A stretch of DNA of 58,098 nt from positions 1 through 58,098 of the forward strand of contig DAHVMY010000005.1 of assembly GCA_027319585.1 (NCBI GenBank), written 5' to 3'. The position numbers and the translations under genes were made by a program. Position 1 is the first letter of the stretch. Each line of letters opens with the position of its first letter. Shown one piece after another: positions 40,877-51,053 of the stretch. The stretch comes from Candidatus Dormiibacterota bacterium. GTDB lineage: Bacteria > Chloroflexota > Dormibacteria > Aeolococcales > Bog-877. Below the pieces are notes generated by a model. The model saw only the letters and a list, made by a program, of their open reading frames with translations, was not told the DNA's origin and did no database searches.

Positions 40877-41873
40877 TCAGTAGCCGGCGGCCAGGTCCAC
40901 CCGGTTGCGGAGCTGCTCGCCCATGGCGAAGCGCCGCAGCTGCTCCGCGAACAGCTCCGAGGTGCGCCGGGAAAAGTTCGGCGAGCTCCAGCTGATGTGC
41001 GGGGAGACGTGGATCCCGGCTGCCGACCACAGGGGCGAGGTCGGCGGCAGCGGCTCCTCCTCGAACGCGTCCAGGTAGGCCGCCCGGAGCGGCCCCGTCC
41101 CAAGCGCTTGGAGCAGCTCTGAATCCTCCACCAGCCCACCCCGGGCGATGTTGACCAGGCACGCTCCGTCGTGGAGGACCGCCAGCGCCTCACGGGAGAT
41201 GAGCCCCCTGGTCTCCCGGGTCAGCGGAGCCGCCAGCACCAGCGCGTCGGCGCCGTCGCATGCGGCAACCAGCTGTTCCGGTGCGAAGAGGTCGGTGACC
41301 AGCCCTGCCCCCCCCCGCCTCGGGGTGGCGGCGGACCGCCGTCAGACGGCATCTGAAGGGCCCGAGCCGCCGCGCGAGCTCGCGCCCGATCGCCCCGAAG
41401 CCGACGATCACCACCCTGAGGTCGCCGAGCTCGCGCAGTTGCAGGGACTCCCACCGGGCGCTGGCCTGCAGCGTCCGGATCTCCGCAAAGCGCTTGCAGT
41501 GGTGGAGCAGGCAGCCCACCACGAACTCCGCGATGGGAACAGCCACCACCCCGGCGGAGTTGGTGAGGATGACGTCGGGGTGGGGCGCCATGATCTCGTC
41601 CAGGTGGTCCACCCCGGCCGACACCGTGTGCACCCACCGCACCTCCGGATGCTGGCTGAGCGCCCTCTGCAGGGGATCCACCTCTTCGTTGGCCAGACGG
41701 CCACCGAAGAGCCTCCAGACGCAGTCGAAGTGCTCGTCTGGCGGAGCCTCACCGGAGGGCGCCTCGACCAGCTCCAGCCCGTCGAGCCCCGCCTTGAGTC
41801 GGACCAGGTCAAGATCCGGCTTGGGCATTCGGCCCACGATCAGGCAGCGAACGGTGGCGGTTGCCACACTCAT
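40877..41873 (-). pseudogene. D-2-hydroxyacid dehydrogenase, frameshifted in a G9 tract
   Basis: SAGVDH and GFGAIG in one frame, NIARG, LDAF and PH in another; span is 997 nt (3n+1); removing one G at 41308-41316 restores one ORF. Confidence 0.8.
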
Positions 41874-42014
41874 TCCCGGCCCACCGGCCGGCGGCACCCC
41901 CGGCCACCGCCCATCACCGCCGGCGCCGATGCCGCCCTCGGGTTCACCGCGTTCTCCTCCGGTCTGCTGCCTCGGCTCCGTGCGCACCTCCCCTGAGCGG
42001 GGGATGATGGGGGC

Positions 42015-42845
42015 ATGGAGCCGCTACCCATCCCCACGGTACCGCCGCAGTGGCTGCTGCGGCACCTCGGCGACTCCGACCTCAGGATCCTCGATATCCG
42101 CTGGACCCTGGCGGACGGGCCGGACGCTGCCGGATACGCCACCGGACACATCCCGGGCGCCTCCTTCATCGACCTGGACCGGGTTTTGGCGGGCCCACCC
42201 GGCCCTGGCGGCCGCCACCCGCTGCCGCCGCCCGATGAGTTCGGCCGGGAAATGCGCGAGGTAGGGATCAGCGTCGGCTCCCGGGTCGTCGTCTACGACC
42301 AGGTCACCGGTGCGGCGGCGCGGGCCTGGTGGCTGCTCCGAGCGGCCGGGGTGGCGCAGGTGGCGGTCCTCGACGGTGGGCTGGATGCGTACCTCCGGGC
42401 CGGAGGGGTCCTCAGCCAGCAGGTGCCGACGCCGACCCCCGGGAATCTTAGGGTTGAGAGTTTCTCCGGCCAGGTGTCAGCCGAACTGATCCCGCAGCTG
42501 CAGCAGCGGGGGTACTGGGTGCTCGACGCCCGCGCCGGTGACCGCTACCACGGCGCCCCCAACCCGCTTGACCCGAGGCCCGGCCACCTGCCCGGGGCCA
42601 GGAGCCTACCTTGGGCGGAGCTGTTCACAGAGGACTCGCGCCTCGACCATGAAGGAGCCCGGCGCCGGCTGCGGGAGCTGGGCCACTCAGGTCAACCCAT
42701 CATCGCCTACTGCGGCTCAGGGGTTACCGCCTGCGCCCTGCTGCTGGCGCTGGACGCCGCCGGGGCGCCGGAGCTTCACCTCTACCCGGGGAGCTGGAGC
42801 GAGTGGGCGGCCGACCCCGCCAAGCCGGTGGAGTGCCCAGCGTGA
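42015..42845 (+). CDS. sseA: Tandem-rhodanese sulfurtransferase (3-mercaptopyruvate/thiosulfate)
   Basis: GHIPGA, GRHPLP, CGSGVTA active-site loop, YPGSWSEW. Confidence 0.9.
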   Translation: MEPLPIPTVPPQWLLRHLGDSDLRILDIRWTLADGPDAAGYATGHIPGASFIDLDRVLAGPPGPGGRHPLPPPDEFGREMREVGISVGSRVVVYDQVTGAAARAWWLLRAAGVAQVAVLDGGLDAYLRAGGVLSQQVPTPTPGNLRVESFSGQVSAELIPQLQQRGYWVLDARAGDRYHGAPNPLDPRPGHLPGARSLPWAELFTEDSRLDHEGARRRLRELGHSGQPIIAYCGSGVTACALLLALDAAGAPELHLYPGSWSEWAADPAKPVECPA

Positions 42846-42860
42846 GCCGCTGCGGCTCGC

Positions 42861-43625
42861 TCAGCCGCTTCTGACGACCTTGGTGGCGCTCGCCTGCATC
42901 AGAGGGCGCATCACCACCTGGTCCAGGTTCACATGCGCGGGGCGGGTCACCGCAAAGGCAACCACGTCGGCAACATCCGCCGCGGTCAGCGGCTGCAGGC
43001 CCCGGTAGACCGCCCGGGCGCGCTCTTCGTCGCCCCCGAAGCGGTTCAGGGAGAAGTCGGTCTCCACCATCCCCGGACAGATCTCCGTCACCCGGACCGG
43101 CCGCCCCGCGAGTTCGAGCCGCAGGGTCTTGGTGATCGCGTGCACGGCGTGCTTGGCGGAGGTGTACCCCGCCCCGCCCTCGTAGACCTCGAGGGCGGCG
43201 GTGGAGGAGAGGTTGACGACGTGGCCCCGGCCCGAGCTCTCCAGAGCCGGCAGCAGCTGCTTGGTCATCGCCACCAGGCCCAGGACGTTGACCTCCCACA
43301 TCCAGCGCCACTGATCAAGATCCGCGGCGGCGACCTCGTCCAAGCCTCGGGCCCCGCCGGCGTTGTTGACCAGAACTTCGACCTCGGTCAACCCGACGCA
43401 GAATCGCGCGACGCTGTCCGGATCGCTCACGTCCAGGACCTTGGCCTCGCCGCCGATCTCAGCCGCCAGTGCCTCCAGCGGCGCCAGGCGCCGGGCCCCC
43501 ACCAGAACCCGGTAGCCCTCCTGCGCCAGCCGCCGAGCCACGGCCGCGCCGATCCCGGCTGAGGCCCCGGTCACGACTGCCCAGGGGCGATTCTCACCTG
43601 TCATCTCACGATGGTCGCACGTCAA
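42861..43625 (-). CDS. SDR oxidoreductase (YdfG-like); start may be ATG 43604
   Basis: TGASAGIG, NNAG, YTSAK, PGMVET.FS. Confidence 0.92.
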   Translation of the reverse strand: MTCDHREMTGENRPWAVVTGASAGIGAAVARRLAQEGYRVLVGARRLAPLEALAAEIGGEAKVLDVSDPDSVARFCVGLTEVEVLVNNAGGARGLDEVAAADLDQWRWMWEVNVLGLVAMTKQLLPALESSGRGHVVNLSSTAALEVYEGGAGYTSAKHAVHAITKTLRLELAGRPVRVTEICPGMVETDFSLNRFGGDEERARAVYRGLQPLTAADVADVVAFAVTRPAHVNLDQVVMRPLMQASATKVVRSG

Positions 43626-45679
43626 TCCCTGGCACTGCCACCCGGCGATCCGGCGCTTCGCTCCGGTCCGAGCTGGGCGACCAGCTGAACGGGATCGGTG
43701 GTCGGCAGCTCACATTGGAATCCGCGGCACAGAAAGGCGGTTGGGAGGCCTCCGAGCGAGGCCCGGTCCCGGACCAGCGGCGCCCCCTGGGCCGACTCCT
43801 CGCCGGCCCGGCCCACGGCAACGACGAGCTGGGGACGGTGGCGGCCGCGGACGGCTCGCACCAGTTCCAGATGCCCTGAGGGGGAAGGCGGCACCATCAC
43901 CGCCAGCTCCAGCATCCCCGCGCGATACAGCTGGGCACAGTGGAGCCAACCTCCCATCGCCTCCGGCGCCCGCTCCGCCAAGGGCGCGATCGCCGTGAGG
44001 GCCCGCTCGGCGCGCTCCATCCAGGCCGACTCGCCGGTCAGGGCGTGCAGCCGCAGGCAGAGCTCCACCATCAGGGAGTTGCCGGAGCGCACCGCCCCGT
44101 CCTCCAGCCCCCGGGGACGCGCCGGGAGCAGCGGGTCCTGATCGGCGGCCACGTCGCTCCACAGGACGCCCTCGGGGTCGGTCATCTCGCGATTGGCCTG
44201 GTCAGCGAGGTGGTGGGCCCATTCGAACCAGAGCGGGTCACCTCGCAACTCGTGCAGCTGCAGCGCCATCAGCGCGGTCTGGGCGAGATCGTCGAGCTGC
44301 GCTCCCAGCCGGCCCGGGCCATGGGCCACCAGGTGCGGAAGTCGGCCCCGCACACCGCCCGCCGCCTGCAGCAACAGCCTCGCCCCGACCTCCGCAGCCA
44401 CCCGGTACCGGCTCTCACCAGTGACCAGCCCCAGCTCCCCGAGGGCGGCGAGTGCGGCGGCGTTCCACGCCACCACCAGCTTCTCGTCCCGCGCCGGCTG
44501 GGGGCGAAGGCGGCGAGCCCGGAGCAGCCGGTCCCGCAGCCGCTGCACTGAGTCGGCCGTGCCCTGTGGATCAGACCAGCTGGCGGCCTGGAGCACGTAT
44601 CTGCCCTCCACGGTGGATTGGGGCTCGAGGCGGAAGAGCCGGCCCGGCTGCGAGCCATCGTCGTCGGCCGCCTCCACGAGCTCCGCCTCGGTCCAGAGGT
44701 AGGTCGCCCCCTCGCCGGCTGGAGTGTCGGCGTCGAGGCTGGCCGCGAACCCGCCGTCCGGGAGCCGCAGCTCCGCAAGGATGAAGTCGGCGGTCCGGCA
44801 GGCTGTGGTGAGCGCCTCGGCCCCACCCGTGAGCAGATGCAGGTGAAGGTAGCAGGCGATCAGCTGGGCCTGATCGTAGAGCATCTTCTCGAAGTGGGGG
44901 ACGCCCCAGTGGTCGTCCACCGAGTAGCGGTGGAAGCCACCGCCCAACTGGTCGTGAACCCCACCCATGGCCATCTTCTCCAGCGTCAGCTGGGCGGCGT
45001 TCAGCGCCGCCTGGTCGCCGGCCAGGGCCGCCCTGGTCAGCAGGAACTCCAGCAGCGGCGTCTGGGGAAACTTGGGAGCCCCACCAAGCCCCCCATGGAC
45101 GGGGTCGGTCGCCGCCACCAGCCGGCTCGCAGCGGCGGCCAGAGCCGGCCCGGACGGCGGGCTCGGGGCAGACCGAGGGATGGGCTGGGCGATGAGCGCC
45201 TGGCGGAGCTGCGCCGCCACCCGGTCAGCGTCCGAGCGCCGCGTCCTGTACAGCTCCGCCACCGCCTCCAGGACCCGCCCGAAGCCCGGCAGCCCGGCGG
45301 AGTCCCGGGCGGGGAAGTAGGTGCCGCCGAAGAAGGGACGGCCGTCGGGGAACAGGAACATGGTCATCGGCCAGCCGCCGGAGCCGGTCAGTGCCTGGAG
45401 CGCCTCCATGTACACGCGGTCGACATCGGGACGCTCCTCGCGATCGACCTTGATGGAGACGAAGAGGCGGTTCTGGAGTGCCGCCAGCTCCTCGTTCTCG
45501 AAGCACTCATGGGCCATCACATGGCACCAGTGGCAGGCCGAATACCCCACGCTGAGCAGGATCGGGCGGTCCTCCGCCCGGGCACGCGCGAAGGCCTCCT
45601 CCCCCCAGGGATACCAGTCCACGGGATTGGCCTGGTGCTGCCTGAGATAGAGGCTGGCTTCCTGCCCCAAGCGGTTCAC
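43622..45679 (-). CDS. YyaL/DUF255 thioredoxin-domain protein
   Basis: SLYLRQHQANPVDW, CHWCHVM, DREERPD, PHFEKMLYD. Confidence 0.93.
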   Translation of the reverse strand: MNRLGQEASLYLRQHQANPVDWYPWGEEAFARARAEDRPILLSVGYSACHWCHVMAHECFENEELAALQNRLFVSIKVDREERPDVDRVYMEALQALTGSGGWPMTMFLFPDGRPFFGGTYFPARDSAGLPGFGRVLEAVAELYRTRRSDADRVAAQLRQALIAQPIPRSAPSPPSGPALAAAASRLVAATDPVHGGLGGAPKFPQTPLLEFLLTRAALAGDQAALNAAQLTLEKMAMGGVHDQLGGGFHRYSVDDHWGVPHFEKMLYDQAQLIACYLHLHLLTGGAEALTTACRTADFILAELRLPDGGFAASLDADTPAGEGATYLWTEAELVEAADDDGSQPGRLFRLEPQSTVEGRYVLQAASWSDPQGTADSVQRLRDRLLRARRLRPQPARDEKLVVAWNAAALAALGELGLVTGESRYRVAAEVGARLLLQAAGGVRGRLPHLVAHGPGRLGAQLDDLAQTALMALQLHELRGDPLWFEWAHHLADQANREMTDPEGVLWSDVAADQDPLLPARPRGLEDGAVRSGNSLMVELCLRLHALTGESAWMERAERALTAIAPLAERAPEAMGGWLHCAQLYRAGMLELAVMVPPSPSGHLELVRAVRGRHRPQLVVAVGRAGEESAQGAPLVRDRASLGGLPTAFLCRGFQCELPTTDPVQLVAQLGPERSAGSPGGSARD

Positions 45680-46027
45680 GCCTCCACCTTAGGACAGCGC
45701 AAGCTTCTGACCCTGCGTCCGGATCGTCCCGGGACCGAGTGGGGGTGCCCCGGGTTGGCGACCGCGGATCGAGTCCGCGCGCCAAGGCGACGCCGTGATC
45801 CCCCATCGCCGCTTCGTTCCCAGTTCGAGCCGTGGTCCGCGGCGGGCCACCGTGACCGGTGTGGCTCGCCGGCCGCGCCCGCCCCGACTGCCGGCTCACT
45901 CGCGTGCCGGATCGCCCGCAAAGCATCGGAACCGGACCGACTCACGAGAGCCGGCGCACCGCGTCACGACCACGGGTCGCTCAGTACATGTCCCGGGCCG
46001 CCCCCGTCCAGTTGCGACAATCCGGAG

Positions 46028-46915
46028 ATGCCTGACAGCGAGGCTCCAAAGCCGCTCCTGCCCCTGCGCCTGGGGCTCGACGCCACCGCCGGCCTGCTGC
46101 ATCTGGTCGGGCCTGCCCGCTATCGCTTAGCCGACGCGGTGGGCAATGCCGCCTTCGCCCTGCTGCCCGCCCGCCGCCGCGCCACCATCGCCAACTTCCG
46201 ACTGGTCTTTCCCGACCTCGAACGTGGGCAGCGGCGCCGCCTCGCGCGCCGCAGCTTCTGCGAGTACTCGCGCACCGCCATCGACTTCCTCTGGGTTCAC
46301 CGGCTTCCGCGGGAGCGGCTGCTGCCAGCCTTCCGGGGCTTCGGGGAGGACCAGGTGCTGCACCTCAGGGCCGAGGGCAGAGGCGGGGTGCTGGTGCTGG
46401 CCCATCTGGGGGCCTGGGACGCCGGAGGGGCCTACGCGCTCGCCCGGGGAGTCCCCTTGACCGCGGTCATGGACGAGGCGGGCAACCCGGTGCTGCGTGA
46501 TCTGGTGGTCTGGGCGCGCGCCCAGATCGGGCTGCACGCGGTCCTGGCGAATTCGTCCGCACGGAGCCTGCTCAAGACCATCCACTCCGGGGGATGGGTC
46601 GCCCTGCTGGCTGACATTCCCGGCGCGACCCCCGCCGTGGAGGTGGACTTTCTGGGCTGCAGGACCAGGTTCTCCTCCGCCCCGGCACTGCTGGCGGCGC
46701 GCACGGGCTGCCCGCTGGTCGCGGTCGTGGCCGTCCGCTCCCCGTCGGGCGGGTATCTGGTGGAGGTTCACCCCCCCACCTACGTGACCCGCGACCAGGA
46801 ACCCGCGCAGGCGCTGCGCCCCATTTTGGACGTGTTCGAAGCGGCGGTGCGGCGCTGGCCGGAGCAGTGGTATCCGTTCGACGAGGGTCGGCTCTGGCCC
46901 AGCCATGACTCCTGA
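46028..46915 (+). CDS. LpxL/PatA-family lipid acyltransferase
   Basis: HLGAWD catalytic HxxxxD, ALLAD, PEQW; leaderless-type start. Confidence 0.85.
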   Translation: MPDSEAPKPLLPLRLGLDATAGLLHLVGPARYRLADAVGNAAFALLPARRRATIANFRLVFPDLERGQRRRLARRSFCEYSRTAIDFLWVHRLPRERLLPAFRGFGEDQVLHLRAEGRGGVLVLAHLGAWDAGGAYALARGVPLTAVMDEAGNPVLRDLVVWARAQIGLHAVLANSSARSLLKTIHSGGWVALLADIPGATPAVEVDFLGCRTRFSSAPALLAARTGCPLVAVVAVRSPSGGYLVEVHPPTYVTRDQEPAQALRPILDVFEAAVRRWPEQWYPFDEGRLWPSHDS

Positions 46916-48083
46916 GGGGCGGCTCGCGAACGGACTGCGGCTCGCCTGGCTGGGCCACGCGTCAGGCCACCGCGCCGATGGGCTGAGCAGCTATTCCGAG
47001 CAGGTCGCAGGCGGGCTCCAGGAGCGCGGAGCCGAGGTGATGTTCCATCACGCCGCCCGGGACGGCGCGATTGTCCCGGGCACCCCCGCGGAGGTGGTCG
47101 CCTGGCCGACCTGGAACTTCAAGACCGTGATCGTCCCGCGCCCCGGATTCCGGTCCGCCATGGCAGCCTGGCTGGAGACCAGGCGACCGCGGCTCCTGCA
47201 CTGCTCGTTGAGCATGACCCTCGATGACGGCTGGGTGGGAGAGCGGGCGCTGCGGCTGGGAGTCGGCACCGTGGCCACCTTCCACCTGCCCTTTGGCAGC
47301 CCCGGCACCACCCGGGCGGCGGTGATGCGCGAGCTGCACCGCTTCTGGGCCGGACGGTTGCGCGGCTATCAGCGGGTGATCGTCTTCGATCCCGACCATC
47401 GGGAGCGGCTGGCTCGAGTCGGGATCCCGCTCGAGCGACTGCGGGTGGTCCCCAATGCGGTGGACCTGCGGCGGTTCTCCCCGGGGGCGGGCACCCTGCG
47501 CGCTCAGCGCCTGGCCCGAAGCGAGCTGGTGGTCGGATACCTCGGACGGCTGGACCCGGAGAAGGGGATCCGTCCACTACTGAAGGCATTCGAGAGCGCC
47601 GGCCTGGGCCGGGACTCGCGCCTGCTCATCGCTGGAGAGGGTGTGCTAAAGGCGCTGGTGCAGCGCGCGGCGGCCCGTGATCCGCGCATCGTCTACCTGG
47701 GGCGGCTGGGGGGGGTGTCCGCCCGAGCCGACTTCTGGCGGTCCATCGACCTCTTCTGCCTGCCGTCAACCGCCGAGGGGCTGTCGATCGCGATGCTGGA
47801 GGCGATGGCTTGCGGCCGTGCGGTCGCCGTCACCCGCGCCGGGGGGCTCCAGGCAGCCGGCGCAGGCGCCTTCGAGCTATCGGAGCGCCGCCTGCAGGAC
47901 TCCTTGGTGACACTCCTCGAGCAAGTGTCCCGCGACCCTTCGCTGCTGGCGGATAAGGGGGCGCTGGCACGGTCCGAGGCGGTGCGTCATCATGGCAGCG
48001 AGGTGATGCTTGACCGTCTGTTGGCGATCTATTCGGAGCTGGGCGTGAGCCTGCCGGACGTGCGCCCGGGGCCGAGCCGGTGA
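46905..48083 (+). CDS. GT4 family glycosyltransferase
   Basis: GRLDPEKG, EGLSIAMLEAMACG (Ex7E). Confidence 0.9.
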   Translation: MTPEGRLANGLRLAWLGHASGHRADGLSSYSEQVAGGLQERGAEVMFHHAARDGAIVPGTPAEVVAWPTWNFKTVIVPRPGFRSAMAAWLETRRPRLLHCSLSMTLDDGWVGERALRLGVGTVATFHLPFGSPGTTRAAVMRELHRFWAGRLRGYQRVIVFDPDHRERLARVGIPLERLRVVPNAVDLRRFSPGAGTLRAQRLARSELVVGYLGRLDPEKGIRPLLKAFESAGLGRDSRLLIAGEGVLKALVQRAAARDPRIVYLGRLGGVSARADFWRSIDLFCLPSTAEGLSIAMLEAMACGRAVAVTRAGGLQAAGAGAFELSERRLQDSLVTLLEQVSRDPSLLADKGALARSEAVRHHGSEVMLDRLLAIYSELGVSLPDVRPGPSR

Positions 48084-48955
48084 CGGGGCAGGCCCGAACC
48101 GCCCTGGTCGTGGACAGCGGAGCCTGTCTGGCTCCTGCTCTGGGGGAGGCCCCGTGGGTGCAGATCGTGCCGATGTCGATCGAGATCGAAGGCCGGGTGC
48201 TCCGGGACGGGGTCGACATCACCAGTGACGAGCTGTACGCGCGCCTCCAGGATCCCGGGCCGCTTCCCACCAGCAGCTCGCCTTCGCCGGGCGACTATCT
48301 CAACGCCTTTCGCAAGTGCGAGGCGCCCGCGATCGTGTGCCTCACCATCCCGTCCCGCTTCTCCATGATGGGCAAGTCGGCGCGCCTGGCCGCCGACATG
48401 CTCCGCGAGGAACAGCCCAAGCGGCGAGTGGAGGTGATCGACACCGGGACGGCGGCCGGGGGGTTCACCCTGGTGTCCGAGGCTGCCGCCCGAGCCTGCG
48501 CGGAGGGGCTGGAGGTGGAGCAGGTGGTGGAGCATACGAAGGCGGTGGCTGAGACCGCCCGGGTCATCGCCGCGCTCGACACCATGAGGTTTCTGGTCCG
48601 CAGCGGACGGATCCCCGCCCTCGCCGGCCGCGGCAGCGACCTCCTGCACGTCCGTCCCGTGTTCGCCTTCACCGGCGGCGACGTCCGCCGGCTGGCGCTG
48701 GTGCGAGGCACCAACCGCGCCCTGCGCGTGGTTGCCCAGCAGCTGCGCGACCGGATGCCCCAGGGCGAGCCGGTGCGGCTCGCGGTCTTCTGCGGGGCGG
48801 CGCCGCAGGCGGCCCCCAGGCTTGAGGACCATCTGCGGGGGCTGTTCGACACCCAGGAGGTGGAGCGGCTCAGCCTCACCCCGGTGATCGCGTTGCACAC
48901 GGGTCCTGGACTGGTGGGTGCGGCCGGGGTCGTCGACCGCCCCCCGCCCTCCTGA
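48080..48955 (+). CDS. DegV family fatty-acid-binding protein
   Basis: VVDSG, PTSSSPS, LVRSGR, HTGPG. Confidence 0.9.
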   Translation: MTGQARTALVVDSGACLAPALGEAPWVQIVPMSIEIEGRVLRDGVDITSDELYARLQDPGPLPTSSSPSPGDYLNAFRKCEAPAIVCLTIPSRFSMMGKSARLAADMLREEQPKRRVEVIDTGTAAGGFTLVSEAAARACAEGLEVEQVVEHTKAVAETARVIAALDTMRFLVRSGRIPALAGRGSDLLHVRPVFAFTGGDVRRLALVRGTNRALRVVAQQLRDRMPQGEPVRLAVFCGAAPQAAPRLEDHLRGLFDTQEVERLSLTPVIALHTGPGLVGAAGVVDRPPPS

Positions 48956-49641
48956 TGCCCGGGGCGGGGGCGCCCTGGACGCCGCTGGCAATCGCGCTGC
49001 TCTGGGCCGGAGCCTACCTCCTCGGGGGCATCCCCGTCGGGTGGCTCATGGGCAGGGCCGCCGGGGTGGACCTCCGCCAGGTCGGAACGGGCAAGATCGG
49101 GACCAGCAACCTGTTCCACACAGTCGGGCTGCTGCCGGCCGCCTTCGTCGGTCCGGCCCAGTTCGGACAGGGCTTGGTCCCGGTGCTCGCCGCGGATCTG
49201 CTGGGCGCACCGGCCTGGGTCGCCGGCGGAGCCGGCCTGGCCGCCGTCGTCGGCAACGGCTGGCCGATCTACTTCCGCTACAACGGGGGCCGGGGGGTGG
49301 GCACCGCCACGGGGGCGATCTTCCTGTGGTCCCCGGTCGGGGTGGCGTTCGTCCTCTTGCTGCTGGCGGTGAGCGGGATCGGGCACCGCAGTGGCCTGGG
49401 TGTGCTCGTCGCCTACCTGGGGCTGCCAGCGGTCCTGATTCTCGCCCGCGCCCCCACCGCCTACGCCGTGATCGCGGTGGGGATCCTGCTCTGCCTGGTG
49501 CTGCGCCGCTTTGAGGGGTACTACCCCCTGCACAAGGAACGGCGAGCGACCCAGGACAGCTTCATGCGCCGGCTGCTCGATGACTGGCGGCCCGGGCCTG
49601 AGGTTCCCGATCCCGGTCCCCCCGTAAACTCAAGGGCATGA
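48955..49641 (+). CDS. plsY: PlsY-like glycerol-3-phosphate acyltransferase (divergent motifs)
   Basis: YLLGGIP, GTGKIGTSN, GGRGVGT. Confidence 0.75.
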   Translation: MPGAGAPWTPLAIALLWAGAYLLGGIPVGWLMGRAAGVDLRQVGTGKIGTSNLFHTVGLLPAAFVGPAQFGQGLVPVLAADLLGAPAWVAGGAGLAAVVGNGWPIYFRYNGGRGVGTATGAIFLWSPVGVAFVLLLLAVSGIGHRSGLGVLVAYLGLPAVLILARAPTAYAVIAVGILLCLVLRRFEGYYPLHKERRATQDSFMRRLLDDWRPGPEVPDPGPPVNSRA

Positions 49642-51053
49642 GCGAGGAGCCGGTCCGCGTAGAGCGGGACTCGATGGGCGAGCTGGCGGTGCCGGCGCGC
49701 GCCTACTACGGCGCCTCCACCCAGCGTGCGGTGGTGAACTTCCCGATCTCAACTCTCCGCCTCCCCCGGCGCATGATCGCCGCGCTGGGTGCGATCAAGC
49801 GGGAGGCGGCCCGGGTCAATCTCGAGCTGGGCCTGCTGGACGAGGAGCGGGCGGTGGCGATCGCCACCGCCGCTGACGAGGTGGCCCAGGGTCGCTTCGA
49901 CCAGGAGTTCGTGGTCGACATCTTCCAGACCGGGAGCGGCACCTCGTCCAACATGAACGCCAACGAGGTCATCGCCAACCGCGCCCTGGAGCTGATGGGG
50001 GCCGAGCGCGGCGACCGGGCGACCATCCACCCCAATGACCACGTCAACCTGGGGCAGTCCAGCAACGACGTGTTCCCGACCGCGATCCACCTGGCGGCGC
50101 TCTCCGCCATGAGTGAGGAGCTGGTTCCCGCTCTGGAGCAGTTGCAGGCGGCGCTGGACCGCCAGCGCGAAGCGCTCTGGGGCATCATCAAGACCGGCCG
50201 CACCCACCTCCAGGACGCAACCCCGATCCGGCTGGGGCAGGAGTTCCTCGGCTACCGCGGCCAGGTGGAGCGCGCGCGCGCCCGGCTGGACGCCGCCAGG
50301 GGCCAGCTGGTGGAGGTAGCCCTTGGGGGAACCGCCGTCGGTACCGGAATCGGCTCCCACCCCGAGTTCGCGGCGCGGGTGATCAAGCGTCTGGCCGCCA
50401 CCTACGACCCCAACCTCAAGGAGTCGGAGAATCACTTCCAGGCCCAGTCCACCCTGGACGCGGTGGCCTTCACGTCCGGCGCGGTCCGGGGGGCCGCCGT
50501 CGCACTCCACAAGATCGCCAACGACATCCGCCTGCTCAGCTGCGGACCGCGGGCCGGGATCGCCGAGCTGAACCTCCCCGCCGTCCAACCGGGTTCGTCG
50601 ATCATGCCCGGCAAGGTGAACCCGGTCATCTGCGAGTCCGCGCTGATGGTGGTGGCCCAGGTGATCGGGTGCGACGCGACGGTCGCCATGGCCGCCACCA
50701 CCGGGTCTTTGCTGGAGCTGAACGTCATGCTCCCGGTAGCGGCCCACAACGTGCTGGAGGAGATCGAGCTGCTGGGGCGCGCCGCCGCGAACCTCGCCCA
50801 CAGCGCGATCGACGGGGTGACCGCCACCAGTCGCGGCCCGGAGCTGCTGGAGCGCGGCCTCGCCATCTGCACCGGGCTTGTGCCGGCGATCGGATACGAT
50901 GCCGCGGCGGCGATCGCCCACACCGCCTACGAGTCCGATCGCACCGTCCGTGAGGTGGCCATGGAGCGGTCAGGACTCTCCGCCGAGGAGATCGATCGGT
51001 TGCTGGATCCCGAACGGCAAGTGGTCCCCTCCCTGGATGCTCCCGGAGCCTGA
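49638..51053 (+). CDS. fumC: Class II fumarate hydratase
   Basis: QTGSGTSSNMN, QSSND, GRTHLQDA, GSSIMPGKVNP. Confidence 0.93.
   Translation: MSEEPVRVERDSMGELAVPARAYYGASTQRAVVNFPISTLRLPRRMIAALGAIKREAARVNLELGLLDEERAVAIATAADEVAQGRFDQEFVVDIFQTGSGTSSNMNANEVIANRALELMGAERGDRATIHPNDHVNLGQSSNDVFPTAIHLAALSAMSEELVPALEQLQAALDRQREALWGIIKTGRTHLQDATPIRLGQEFLGYRGQVERARARLDAARGQLVEVALGGTAVGTGIGSHPEFAARVIKRLAATYDPNLKESENHFQAQSTLDAVAFTSGAVRGAAVALHKIANDIRLLSCGPRAGIAELNLPAVQPGSSIMPGKVNPVICESALMVVAQVIGCDATVAMAATTGSLLELNVMLPVAAHNVLEEIELLGRAAANLAHSAIDGVTATSRGPELLERGLAICTGLVPAIGYDAAAAIAHTAYESDRTVREVAMERSGLSAEEIDRLLDPERQVVPSLDAPGA

Noticed and set aside
41870-41947. Short minus-strand ORF (MNPRAASAP...) overlapping the dehydrogenase start
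   Set aside because: Has an RBS-like GGAGG and an ATGA overlap but no informative sequence; too weak to call
44618-46027. Long N-terminal extension of the acyltransferase ORF (765 aa)
   Set aside because: Antisense to the YyaL gene; the real start is ATG 46028
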